Origin: a virus
UHGV virus genome: UHGV-1381707
Length of the DNA stretch: 61,027 nt
Reading direction: 5' to 3' (one strand)
Below the pieces are notes generated by a model. That model made no database searches, had not been told where the DNA came from, and saw only the letters and a program-made list of their open reading frames with translations. The translations under genes were made by a program, and so were the position numbers. Of this stretch, positions 1 through 11,900 are shown piece after piece (position 1 is the stretch's first letter; each line of letters begins with the position of its first letter).

Positions 1-1927
1 CATCAGCTTGTGCCTGATCCGCTGCCGCCTTTGCATCGTTGGCTGCGGTTTGAGCTGTTGCAGCATTGGCTTTCGCCGTATTAGCAGTCGACTGAGCCGT
101 AGTAACCGCCGCTTGAGCCTCCGCTATCTCTTCTTCTGTTGCGTCAACCCGAGACGTAACGTTTGCTAGATTTTGCTGAGCCGTTGCAAGGTCCGCCACA
201 GCTTGTGCTGCTTTTGCATCAGCATCTTCAGCCGCACTTTGCGCCGTTTCAGCATCTGATTTAGCAGCATCTGCCGCAGCCTGTGCCGAAGAGGCGACGG
301 ATTGAGCATTTGTCGCTTTTGTGTCCGTCGACGCTAAAGCGGTCTTAGTCGCATAAGTCTCACTAACAGTTGACTTAAATCCGTCGAGGCTTGCTTCTAC
401 ACTGGTTACTCTGTCGCTAACAGTCGTAACGGTGCTACTATCAGCTTTTTTAGCAATTTCCGTAGTGTGACTTGCTACAGTGGCCGATATATTATCAACT
501 TCCTGCTCCAGAGTAGAATATTGGGTCGACAATTCACCAGTAGCGTCATCTATATCCTGCTGCCATACCTTACTTGTTATTTGACCTTGAATGGTAGATA
601 TCTGAGTTCCTTGTGAGCTGACAGTAGTGCCCATGTTCGTTACATCGGTACTCAACGATGTAAAAGCCACATCAAGAGTCTGCTTTTCGTCATTCAAGTA
701 AATCTTGGTAGCATTGATTGTTTCCGTACTACCATTAATTTCTGTAAATAAACTGCTAATATCCAACTTACTCGCCGAAATATTAGCATCTTCACTAACC
801 ATGTCATTTCGAATGATGGCGTCTTTAATAGCGCTATCCGTAATTCCGCCTTCGCTAAACATCAGATTTCCAGACGCATCCCAAATATTAATCGAATAAT
901 CATTAGAAGCATCTTTACCGATTTGAACTCTGACTCGAGTACCATCGCTTATCTGAATAGTTTCATCAGAAATGATAAGGCTGCCATCTTCCGACATAAC
1001 ACGAACGTTATTGGTTATAATGTCTCCAGCCGTTATTTTATCCGCAGAAATATTTTCAATCATGGCCGATTTAATCTGCGCATTGCCTAGCTGGGCAATT
1101 ACAGCATTGGCGAAAGAAGTTTGAATAACTTCACCGCTAGCGGAGCCAAATATCAATGTGTCAATACTAGCCACATCGGCATCCAAATCGTCGATTCTGG
1201 CTATTTCGGCGTCAAGACTCGCGATAGTCGCATATTTGATGTCAGCATCAGCCGCTGATAATTTATTGGCTTCGAGACTATCAATGTGACCGTTAATAGC
1301 GGCTAGATCGCCGGTTACTAATGTCTCGAATTCGCCATAATCGGCTTGGAGATTATGAATATCGGCGTTAGTAGCCTCTAGATTTTCAACAGTGGCATAT
1401 TTACCGACTAAAAAATCAGCATCGATTTTCTCAGCTTGTAAAGTCTTAATCTCTGCATCGTTTGCAACCAATTTTTCATTGATCGTTACATTATCGGCTT
1501 CAAGTTCGCCAATCGAAGCTTCGCCAGCAGTCAATCGATTTTTAATTGTCACGTTTTCAGAAACCAAATCATCAATCCGACCGACCTGGGCTTCAAGCTG
1601 CTCAGTGCTAACTTTGTCAGCAATGACTATTTCGAATTCTGATATTTGATTGCCAATTTCTTGAACGTCGCCGGTTCTCGCTGCTGGAGAAGATGAATTA
1701 CCAGTAACAGTCGCAGAGTGATCTTTTATCATCACTGTTACTCGTTCATCATTTTTAACATCTGCGGTAGTCGTTACCGGAGTCAATATGTCAGACCCAT
1801 CGAGCTTAACGTAAGTAACGTCGCCAACGACGACTGTTGTCCCACGAAGAGTAGTCTCTTTTTTAGTGGTTTTATTATCGTTGACGACTTTAGCAAACTG
1901 AGATATTAAATCGCTAGACAAACCCAT
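1..1927 (-). CDS. tail fiber protein, 3' portion of a gene that appears to continue from the window end (coiled-coil)
   Basis: ATG at 1927 follows GGAGGTGA. The minus frame is open to position 1 and no stop is seen. Translation is Ala/Gln/Thr-rich coiled-coil ending ...TAQTAANDAKAAADQAQAD at position 1. Its reading frame and sequence are continuous with the ORF that runs off position 61027. Confidence 0.6.
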   Translation of the reverse strand, partial: MGLSSDLISQFAKVVNDNKTTKKETTLRGTTVVVGDVTYVKLDGSDILTPVTTTADVKNDERVTVMIKDHSATVTGNSSSPAARTGDVQEIGNQISEFEIVIADKVSTEQLEAQVGRIDDLVSENVTIKNRLTAGEASIGELEADNVTINEKLVANDAEIKTLQAEKIDADFLVGKYATVENLEATNADIHNLQADYGEFETLVTGDLAAINGHIDSLEANKLSAADADIKYATIASLDAEIARIDDLDADVASIDTLIFGSASGEVIQTSFANAVIAQLGNAQIKSAMIENISADKITAGDIITNNVRVMSEDGSLIISDETIQISDGTRVRVQIGKDASNDYSINIWDASGNLMFSEGGITDSAIKDAIIRNDMVSEDANISASKLDISSLFTEINGSTETINATKIYLNDEKQTLDVAFTSLSTDVTNMGTTVSSQGTQISTIQGQITSKVWQQDIDDATGELSTQYSTLEQEVDNISATVASHTTEIAKKADSSTVTTVSDRVTSVEASLDGFKSTVSETYATKTALASTDTKATNAQSVASSAQAAADAAKSDAETAQSAAEDADAKAAQAVADLATAQQNLANVTSRVDATEEEIAEAQAAVTTAQSTANTAKANAATAQTAANDAKAAADQAQAD

Positions 1928-1933
1928 GCCGCA

Positions 1934-3001
1934 TCACCTCCACAGCTTAGTAGTAAAGACAGCAGTTTCAGATACCGAAACCCCAGCGTCGCATTTAATA
2001 GATTGGCTTATAACTTTCGCTTTAATATCGGTTATTCCAGCTCTTGTGTAATTAAGTCTAACGCAATCTCCTACCCTAACCGGACAATATCCGTGACTGT
2101 ATGACACGGTATATTCGAGAGTGGATAATTCTTTCAAGAGCTGTTCCGCATACTCGTCTATCTGCTTATTGGTAGGATCTCCAATTAAACTCGGATCGGT
2201 TTCTCGATAGACAATTTCCCGACCTCGATTAACTGTGGAAATCGGACTGTTACTATCGTCATTAACCACCCTCGCATAATACGGAGCTCCTCGACCAGAA
2301 GAATAAACAACTTCCACGACATTAGGAATCCCATACAAATCATGGTTCATGCTTATTTCCGGCAACAAAATCGAACTATTATTATCGTCGTAAGTCCAAA
2401 CAGGCTGCAAAGAAGCCGTATCCTGCTTCGGAGAGAAGAGAATACGGCCCAATTCGTCAAGATCGAACGTGTACTTTGCGTTTGCCAATAAATCTGTAAC
2501 AAATGTGATCCAAGTATCATTAGGGTCGGCTACAAAATCATCGTAAAGAGTTTTATCGCAATTAGCTTTTACTACCGGAGCCCTAACATTACTTTTAGTT
2601 AAAGTATATGCAGCGTCTAATATATTTTCATTTTTGGCTATGAAATACCCCAAAGGAGGAGGATTTTCTTTAAGCTCTAATAAAGGAGTATAGGCATCCA
2701 TTGACACTGATCTTACCATCCCATCGAAGCTAGACGAAGGGGTTTGAACCAGAAAAGTACCAAGTGGATGCCTATTTCTTACTCCATTTTGAATTGTTAT
2801 TAGGTAAATTCTTATATAGCATTCGCCAACGGATTCTACGATGTCAATACTCGCAGACCCGAGCGTGTCCGCATCAGAATCTCGGTTGATCGTGCATGAT
2901 TTGACAGTATCAAGCATCTTAACATCTTTCCATGTTCCTGGGTCGACTATATAATATTCAAAACTTTGTTGCATTGATGATAACCAATCAACCATGTTCA
3001 A
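1934..3001 (-). CDS. tail/baseplate structural protein (355 aa)
   Basis: Sits between the distal tail protein and the fiber gene. Its stop overlaps the RBS of the next gene. Function assigned from position only. Confidence 0.4.
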   Translation of the reverse strand: MNMVDWLSSMQQSFEYYIVDPGTWKDVKMLDTVKSCTINRDSDADTLGSASIDIVESVGECYIRIYLITIQNGVRNRHPLGTFLVQTPSSSFDGMVRSVSMDAYTPLLELKENPPPLGYFIAKNENILDAAYTLTKSNVRAPVVKANCDKTLYDDFVADPNDTWITFVTDLLANAKYTFDLDELGRILFSPKQDTASLQPVWTYDDNNSSILLPEISMNHDLYGIPNVVEVVYSSGRGAPYYARVVNDDSNSPISTVNRGREIVYRETDPSLIGDPTNKQIDEYAEQLLKELSTLEYTVSYSHGYCPVRVGDCVRLNYTRAGITDIKAKVISQSIKCDAGVSVSETAVFTTKLWR

Positions 3002-5964
3002 ATGCCTCCTTCAACTCGTGTTATGTTCAAAGTTACCGGTATAGTCAATTCGAGATGCTTTTGACTAAACGATACTTTGATGTTGGCCCAATAGCCAGTT
3101 CCTGACGGTTCTCTTACATAAACATCGCCAGCCCAGATTCCCAATCTGCGTAACGCATAAATGGTTTCCGTGTCGCTCTTTTCGATTTCAACATTCCAAG
3201 TCGCTGTTTCGCCAACGTGGGTTCCATAATAGCCAACCGGATTTTTTCTACCAACATACTTTACTAAAGTAACATCGGGATCGGTATTGTTAGCGACATC
3301 TATGTTATAAGGAAGTTTTAATAATGAGCCTGACCAACCAGGCTGCACTGAAATATCGTCGCCATTTACATCGAAATACGACCATTCTTCATTCCACTGA
3401 ATAATTACGGCTTTTCCCCCTGTAGGATATCCAGGCAGATCGTAATAACTAACAGCTCCAGTTGAAATGCTTGTCGCAACTATTCTGTATCTGGCATAAT
3501 CCAAAGACGGATGGGGATCTGTAACGAACGTATTGGGAGTGTTACTTACTCCGGTTGCAATCTCGGTAAACCGACCGTCGTATTCTCGCCTATATACAGA
3601 CAAAGTTACATCCTGTATGAGATTGCCAGATGCGACCGATGAATAATAAAATTCAGAACCGCCAGATACAATGCCGAGCGATACTTCCTCTCCCGTTTCC
3701 GAATAAATTTTTTGAACAGATGACTTATTTAATTCGTTAGTCGTAGTAAAGTACGAATCTCCTACTTTATCCACTCTATAACGAGTAGGCGTAATAGGAG
3801 CGCCGGTGTCGTCAACGTATTTTATACAATAAGTTAATTCAGTCCCGTCGGAATACGCTCCCACTAAAACCTCTTCCCCAGTAGTTGTATATACGCTATC
3901 TAACAACTCGGCGGTTATAGATTCTGTAGTAACAGTATACTTTCCGGAACTTTCTGTAACCTTGTAATAAGTTGAAGACGGAGCTTCGCAATACGGTCTT
4001 ATGGAAGCGGCTAACGTATTAGGGTCGACTGTTATCTCAGCATTCGGCTGGTATTGCACTTCTGTCCAACTAACCGAGAAAGTTAATTCCGACTCAGCAA
4101 TTAATCCAGAATTCATCGATACAATACAGCTAACTGTATAACTTATACCATTCTCTAAATCGATGTTCCCGGCAGACATTTCGACCATTAGGATGTCATT
4201 AATATCGAAATACTTGGAATATAATTGTTCGCCCTCACTCACAACTCTTGTATTACCTATTTGGTCTACGGTCTCGTAGGATTCATTAGCAGTTATGCTG
4301 AGATGATATCCAACTGGAGCTTGCGTGTTCGGACCCGCAACACCTTTTATATAAAAGGGAAACGAGTCGAGGGTTTCGATCGCAGCTCCATCTGAATCAA
4401 GCATACTAAGAGCTAATGTAGCAGGAGCATAAATATCCACTACTCTAAGAATTGACCAATCGCCATAAACATTCGTTACTCCGGCTGTTCTTACCCGCCA
4501 TGAAATCTGAGCACCAACCGAATATTCGGAAGTATCAAATATATAGAAGCTAGTCTTATCCTTCTCGTCGGGGTCATCAGTATTTTCAACTGTAATGTTG
4601 GGAGTAATCGGAACCCCGTCAATAGATACTTCCAGCTCGGCAAATGTCTGACTCGAGCCATCTTCCGCATTATGCACCCAGTAAAATGTCAAAGGTTCGC
4701 CAGTTACTACCGTAGTAGTCGACGACCAAGTTGTAGGAGCGGCGGGAGGCTCGCCGACATTTACCGATTTTATTTCGGACCAGTCAGACGAGCCTTTTTC
4801 ATTAACCGCCCTAACTCTAAAGAAATATTCTCCGCCAGACAATTTATAAATCGTATATTTTGTACTGGCATCCGGAGTGGTGGCCGTAGTAGTGTCTCCT
4901 CCGTTATCGAAATATTCCTTATGAGTCGTGTACTCTATTTCATAACTCGTTGCGCACTCGACCTTGCCCCATTCTAAATAAACCGAATAACCATCTGAAT
5001 TTTGTCCGGAAAGTCGACATTGAGTGATGCCTGATGGAGCCGATGGATAGGCCCGTACAGCTTCAGAGAAGGGAGACCAATCACTTTGCAATCCATTCCT
5101 TGTAAATTTACATCTAACCTTGTATTCATAACCAGGATTAATATGCCGAACATACGAAACCTTGTTAAAGTTAGTATCTATAGGCAGCGGATCGGAAACT
5201 GAAAACGGCATATAGCTACTGTAAACGACTTGAAATACAACTCGATAACTTTTCGCATTTCCAGCCGGCACGTCGAGTTCTTCAAGACTGGCAGTAAGAC
5301 GATGGATCTCATCGATTTCAACAGATGGAGCAGAAGGAGGGGAAATAGGATCGGAGACGGTGTACGTTTTACTAACTTCCCAGCCAGCAGTCCATTTAGG
5401 AACTTCCGACTCAGAAGTGGTAGTCGTTTTGTACCCACCATTAGTAAGCTTGTCACCGATCTCACTTCCGGTGCTAGTTGTCGTAGTAGACGTTGTTGTA
5501 ACTTTTTTCGTTTCGGCAATGGGTTTGATTCTAAATCTAACAGCCGAAGTATTATCGGGTATTGTATAAGTAGAATATCGAGACGATTGATAATAATCTT
5601 TATCGACCGTTATATCACTATCTTCTCCGATAAACCACACCCCGTCTAGAGTCGCATACTCCCATATTATTTTGTAACTCTCGGTAGTGCTTTCTTTAGA
5701 CCAACTCCAAGTACAAAGCAAGGTTCTATCATCTGTACTAAGAAGATTTGGCCCATTCAACCAAGAACTACTTGACGAGGAACTAGACCCTCCGCTCGAC
5801 CCGGTGGTTCCTGTAAGTTTCAACACCTGTCCAACATAAATTAAATTTGGATTGGAAATACCATTTATCTTAGCCAAATATTGATACTTTGAAGCAGAAC
5901 CCAATTGAGATTGAGCAATTTCCGACAACGTGTCTCCAGCTTTTACGGTATATGTATCCGCCAT
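2998..5964 (-). CDS. tail protein with N-terminal LysM and fibronectin-III-like repeats; probable distal tail (Dit-like) protein (988 aa)
   Basis: LysM-like YTVKAGDTLSEIA...NPNLIYVGQVLKL. Two FN3-like segments end in ...SDWSPFSEAV and ...SDWSEIKSV. Located immediately after the tape measure gene. Confidence 0.5.
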   Translation of the reverse strand: MADTYTVKAGDTLSEIAQSQLGSASKYQYLAKINGISNPNLIYVGQVLKLTGTTGSSGGSSSSSSSSWLNGPNLLSTDDRTLLCTWSWSKESTTESYKIIWEYATLDGVWFIGEDSDITVDKDYYQSSRYSTYTIPDNTSAVRFRIKPIAETKKVTTTSTTTTSTGSEIGDKLTNGGYKTTTTSESEVPKWTAGWEVSKTYTVSDPISPPSAPSVEIDEIHRLTASLEELDVPAGNAKSYRVVFQVVYSSYMPFSVSDPLPIDTNFNKVSYVRHINPGYEYKVRCKFTRNGLQSDWSPFSEAVRAYPSAPSGITQCRLSGQNSDGYSVYLEWGKVECATSYEIEYTTHKEYFDNGGDTTTATTPDASTKYTIYKLSGGEYFFRVRAVNEKGSSDWSEIKSVNVGEPPAAPTTWSSTTTVVTGEPLTFYWVHNAEDGSSQTFAELEVSIDGVPITPNITVENTDDPDEKDKTSFYIFDTSEYSVGAQISWRVRTAGVTNVYGDWSILRVVDIYAPATLALSMLDSDGAAIETLDSFPFYIKGVAGPNTQAPVGYHLSITANESYETVDQIGNTRVVSEGEQLYSKYFDINDILMVEMSAGNIDLENGISYTVSCIVSMNSGLIAESELTFSVSWTEVQYQPNAEITVDPNTLAASIRPYCEAPSSTYYKVTESSGKYTVTTESITAELLDSVYTTTGEEVLVGAYSDGTELTYCIKYVDDTGAPITPTRYRVDKVGDSYFTTTNELNKSSVQKIYSETGEEVSLGIVSGGSEFYYSSVASGNLIQDVTLSVYRREYDGRFTEIATGVSNTPNTFVTDPHPSLDYARYRIVATSISTGAVSYYDLPGYPTGGKAVIIQWNEEWSYFDVNGDDISVQPGWSGSLLKLPYNIDVANNTDPDVTLVKYVGRKNPVGYYGTHVGETATWNVEIEKSDTETIYALRRLGIWAGDVYVREPSGTGYWANIKVSFSQKHLELTIPVTLNITRVEGGI

Positions 5965-5966
5965 AA

Positions 5967-8900
5967 TTACCTCCTCCTTTCCACACGAGCAGCTCTGACA
6001 AGAGTCTTAACTGCATCGGTAATATTGCTTCCATCGTCGTAAGTAATGCCATTAATAGTGTAAGTGTCACCAGAACCGCTCCCGATAGTCTTTCCAAGCT
6101 CTCTAATAGCCGAAATGACATCCGAATTAGTTCCATTTTGACGACTATTCATCATGGAGCCAATTGAATTGATATTGGATATGACGCCAACCGAAGGTTT
6201 AATACCGAGCATACCATTTATAGCCCCAGCACCGGATGAAACCTCGGACAAATCGAGAACCGGTCTAATGGTAGGCTGCGTGTCTATATCGCTGTTAATA
6301 ACATCGACGATTCTGGAAATGGCATCTTGAGTTCCGCTAATAGCCGACCTCGCCATAGATACAGAAGAACGCTCAACCATTCCACCAAGCTTGTCTATTC
6401 CCATCGCAAACCCTTCGGGAACTGACGTACCAAGTTTCCTGAATACTTTAGACGGAGAATTAACATCTAATTCTTCTTTAGCCGCCTCGTACGCTGCATC
6501 CGCCATAGCGGCAGCTTGAGCTTCTGCTTTGTAGCTATTGGCACTAATACCAGCAACAAAACCGTCAACAAGATAACTACCAGCGTTATAAAATTTTAGA
6601 TAATCGGTAATGGACACGCTGCTACAAGAATCTATAATGGACGCCATAACTTCCTTGACAGACGAAGCTTGAGAACTTATTCCGAGTTTAAAGGCCATCA
6701 TTAGCAACCGCCCCACCATCGAGAACATGGGGGTCTTATTCATTATATATGCCACCACGTCCTGCACAGCGGCGCCTAACGCTTCTTTTCCTGACGTAAT
6801 TCCATTGGTTACGGACGATATCAACGTTTCCCCTGCTTCAGCAGCTTTCGCGCTACTTTCGGTAAATGCGGTTATGAATTCATTCAATCCGCTCTCCCCA
6901 AGAGATTTCATGGTTGCTCCAAAGCCGGCAACATCAGCACTAGCGAGGGTATCCAACGCCCCTTTGAACTTATCCGCGCCTGTAAAATTGGTGATCGTCA
7001 TTTCAGAAATAATACCAATCATCGATTGAATATTCTCAATGGCGGAAGTAACTTTGGTGGAATCGATTTCACCTATACTGTTAACGACCTCTACTATAGC
7101 CTCGCTCGCCGTTTTTGACTTATTGATTGCCTCGATTCCCTCGTCACTAACCCCATAGGAACTATCAATATAATCCAGAATACCGTCAACGACACTCGTC
7201 ATGGTTGTAATGAAAGAGGAAATATTTTGCATCTTGGTACCGTCGGTAGGAACATTTTCGGTTGCATCTTTAATGGCCGTTATAGCGTCTCCTGAATTCT
7301 TAATTTGAGTAATGCTATCGTCGTTTATGTTTTTCACGCTTGCAATAAATACTTTTATTCCAACACCCAACGATCGAATCGCTTCGCCAAAACCGCCAGC
7401 ATCTTTAGAACCAGCTATTCCGGCCCACCATCCTCCGGATGACGGTACTTTTTCGGCGACTTTCTTAAGCTCGTCGATGACAGTTCCAGTATTCTTAATA
7501 GCTTCGGCATCTGACTCTTCTATGGTTTTAGCGACGGCAATATAATCGGAGAGACCTTTTGCAAAGTTGACTATTCCTTCGCCCCATTTGCCCATGTCTC
7601 GACTTCCCGTGGCCCATTGCCAAATACCATCGTCTTTTGGTATTTTATTGTTCAGATCGGCCAACGCTGCTCCGGCGTCGACGGACATAGATATCTTATT
7701 AGCGTCATCCGCGGTTATGTCGTTTATAGCTTGGGCATACCTTACTAACGCTCCTCCATACGCCACAATGCCTTCCCCGAAAGTTTTGAAGGAAGATGCG
7801 CCCAATATGTCCTGAGCCCAGCCGCCATCTTTCGGTATATCGTTTTGTAATCCGGCAAGCGCGACCCCTGCGTCAGTTGCTATTTTGACCCTATCAAAAT
7901 CAGCATCTTTAAGAGTGTTAACAGATCCGCTAAAAGCAACCAAGGCTTCTCCATATGCGACTATGCCTTCGCTAAACTTCTTCATATCAGTAGAGCCTAA
8001 TATGTCCTGAGCCCAGCCGCCTTCTTTAGGGACTTTGTTGGCCATGTCAGCCATCTTAGATCCGGCTTGAGCGGCTATATCAACTCTGGTTAGATCGTCA
8101 TTCGTCAAGTCTTTTATAGACTCCAAGAAGTCTTTCATGCTCTCGCCAAACCCTGCGAGTTTTTCGCCGAAGGTATCTATTCCGCCTTCAAGACCAAGCA
8201 TAGACTTGATACCGTCAATCACATCAGCAACAGTTATAGCCATGATTAAAGATGCTAGATTACCGGCTGCGGCAGACATTTCGGGCGTAACCATTTTAAG
8301 ACCCATTATAAAGGGCGTTGCTGCAGCCATAAATGCCGAAAGGTCCTTACCAAGTCCAATAAAGTCGCCTCCAACAAATTGGCCGATAGCGTGTATTACG
8401 TCGGCAACAGTCAACGCGATGATGGTTCCAGCAAGAATACCAGCACCTTCTAACACGCTTACATCAACCATTTTGACGCCCATGATAAAAGGAGTAGCGT
8501 TAATCATAAATAGCGACAAATTAGTCCCTATCTCGGGCAATCCAGAAGTTAACCCTGCGGCTAAACCACCAATTATACTTCCCACGAAATTTCCTATGGC
8601 GTAACCAATTAAAGCCAGAGTTTCCCCGCCATCTTTTATTAACTCGTTGAACCCCGGGATCTTTGAAAGTCCGCCAAGAGCAGCGAGTAAAGCTGCGATA
8701 ATTCCAACGAATGCAACGAGTCCGAGAGCTCCTTCAGCGGCACCTTTAAGGGGGATGTTTTTAACAATTAAACACGCAGCAGACATACCTATGAGTAAAA
8801 TCGATAAAGAGACGGCAGCTTGAATAGAGTTTTCCAACGGAAATAATGTTATAAGACCGAGAATTATGCCAAGTTCTGCAACAACTAAACCCATAATAGC

Positions 8901-11900
8901 CAAAGATACGATTGCGCCCTTCGATATCTTTCCACACTTACTAATGGAAATCATCACTCCAGCCATTACAAGCATTAAACCGCCAATCGACATAGCTGAC
9001 GCGGCCAATTTATCAGCTTCAATAAACGATAATACGCCAACAGCAATTGCCATAACCGCAATAACGCCAGCCATAGCTAAGATCGATTTAAACGCTCCAG
9101 CAGCATTCTTAGAAGCTTTCATCATCAAGGACATAAGCAAGGTAAGAACGCTGACAGCCGCTACCCCTTTAATAAGATTGGGAAGCGGTATGAATCCGAG
9201 AACAATCGCTACGCCAGCTAATATAGCGACGGCTCCCGCCATAGCCAATAAAGTCTGAGCCATCTTAGAACCTTTACCGCCAAGAAGTCTTGTTGCCGCC
9301 ATTAAACCGACCACAACTCCAGCCAGAGCGGTAACCGCCACGGTGCCTCTGACGAGATTTTCTACAGGAATAAAGCCCAACAAAGAAGCCGTCAAACCTA
9401 AAATGGCAATTGCCCCTGCTATAGCCAAAAGCGTCATTCCAACTTTAGTATCTTTAGCAAAGAGCTTCGTAGCAGCCATTAAACCCACTATTATCCCAGC
9501 CAGAGCTAAGACGGCAACTCCACCTTTTATCAGGCTTTCGGTTTTGACCGAGCCTAACATCAAGGCTACAAGGGCTAAAATTCCAATAGCCGCAGCCATA
9601 GCCAAAAGAGTCGCTCCGGTTTTGGAATCCTTTGCGAAAAGTCTTGTGGCGGCCATCAAACCTACTATTATACCGCCTAAAACAGCTACCGCTATTCCTC
9701 CTTGGATAAGTTTGCCTCTGTCTATGGAACCGAGCAATACCGCAACCAAAGCTAGTATTCCAATAGCCGCAGCCATAGCAAATAAGGTTCCTCCGACTTT
9801 AGCATCTTTAGCAAATAAATTCGTAGCGGCCATTAAAATAACAACCAAGGTGGCGAGAGCCGCCACACAAGAAAGCCCCTGCTTAAATGCGGACGGGTCC
9901 ATCATAGAAAGAATCTTGATAACGCCGGTCAAAAGAAGAAGAGCGACAGAAATTCCTAAAATGGTCTTCCCTAATTGCCCTACGCTTTTTGCAGAGCTTC
10001 CCTTAACAGTCTTTCCAAATATAAGTACAATAGCCGCTATTCCGCCCATCATTAACAGCAATCCGCCAATTGCTTGGTCGAACTGATTCGGATCAATAGA
10101 TGCTATTTTCTTTAATGCGGAAGACATTAATATAACGGCAACTCCTATGGACAATATAAGAGGAGCCATCTTCGCGAATTGCATTCCTTCTGTTGGACCA
10201 AATTTTCCAACTATAAAAGTCAATCCGCCAACAAGACCCATAAGAACTGCTATAGCGCCTACCGCTCCCCATAACTTACCAGTATCTAATTGCGCAAGAA
10301 CCCATATAGAGGCGGCCAGTAAAGCGATAGCAACAGCTATAGATTTTATAGCTTCGGCTTTAAGATTCATCGAAATTCCGCCTAGAATTTTCGAAAAGTT
10401 CTTAACCACTTTGGAAGCATTATTGAGGATTTTCTTAATCGGTTTTGCGGACTTTTCTATAACTTCGGAAGTGCTGGATAATATTTCGCCAGTTCCTTCT
10501 AAAACTTCTCCAACTCCATCAAGCGGCTTCGTTAAATTTTTAAACCCAACTCCAATGTTAAACAAAGTTGCCACGAGACCGGCAGTTACGCCGCCAGAGA
10601 ACAAAGAACCCCATTCGATTCCGCCAAGAACCTCAGAAATCTTGTCTCTAATACCACCGAGAGCATCACCAACGCCAGGAATACCATCCAAAATCCCAGT
10701 AACAAGACCGGCTATGATAAAACCGCCAATGGTGATCATAACTTTAGAAGGTGAATCAATATCGAGGACTTCTTCGATTTTATTTATCAAACTCGTGGCC
10801 AGGTAAGTGACAGCGGACCAAACGACACTAGCTCCATTTCTAATTCCATTGGCTAAACCTTGAATTATATACTGTGGAATGTTATCGGCAGTTTTAAGCC
10901 CAGCGAACCATTCTTTTATTCCTGAAAAAGCATTCCTAAAATACTCGGATACTTTTTTAATTCCTTCACACGAAGCGACCCAATCTTTTACTTTGATAGC
11001 CATATCTTTTATCCAACCACCAGCGGTCTTGAGATACGGCATAATAAAATTAAAAGCACCCTCAACATCAAATATGGAATCAATCCAGTCTCTAAACGCC
11101 ACAAGCGCATCGCCAACATTAGCCGTAACGTCGAGCATGCTATAGCCAAACATTCCAAGAATTTTATTTATGATTTTAAATGCAAGTTTAATAGGCCCAC
11201 CAACAATAGTTCCGATAATATCCAATATTGCAAATAAGCCTTTAAAAGTTCTTCTTAATTTCTCGGCTTTGTCGTCGTTAAGGACCAATCCTTCAGAAAA
11301 TGCATGTAAATTTTCTATTAGTTTTGTTAGACCGGAAACTAGATTTTCAGGGGGGAAAATCTCGGACCAAGCTCCCCCGATTTCATTCATTACGCCTAGA
11401 ATGGCACTCATGGTGTTCTTAAGAGTATCAAACAAAAGTTGTCTCCCACTAGGTTTACCCATAGCAGTGACAAGTTCATTCATAGGAGTACCGGTTTCCT
11501 TGGCTTCTTTTGCGAGGTCCCTCAAAACATTTATCTGTTCCTTGGTGTAACCCATGTTCTCTAACTGAGCATCAGTCAGTTTTAAAACTTGATCTGGATA
11601 TATAAGATTTGGATCGTTTATGATGTCTTGATTTAATTTGTATAATTCTTTCCAAGTAGTACCATACCGACGAGCGATTTTTGTAAGATTATCACCTTTA
11701 ACAACGATGTACTCATTAGCTCTAGTCAATGAAGCAGCCGCTTCTTCGGTTTTTGCATCGAATTTTTCCAACGTTTCAACATACGCTTCGGTTGGAATAA
11801 GGCCCTTAGCTATCACGTTGGCAAAAGTTCCGTGCTCTTCTATCAACTTATCAACCGAGATGCCCTGTTCTTTTGCAGTTTCCTTTAATTTTTCGTTAAA

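Noticed and set aside
705-1909. Plus-strand ORFs 705-899, 1392-1649 and 1718-1909
   Set aside because: They lie antisense to an uninterrupted minus-strand coiled-coil fiber ORF, have low-complexity translations and no RBS. Likely frame shadows.
4672-5649. Plus-strand ORFs 4672-4977, 5230-5649 and 5360-5569, and minus ORF 5178-5519 inside the 988-aa tail protein gene
   Set aside because: Alternative-frame ORFs within a long structural gene. Arg/Ser-rich nonsense translations.
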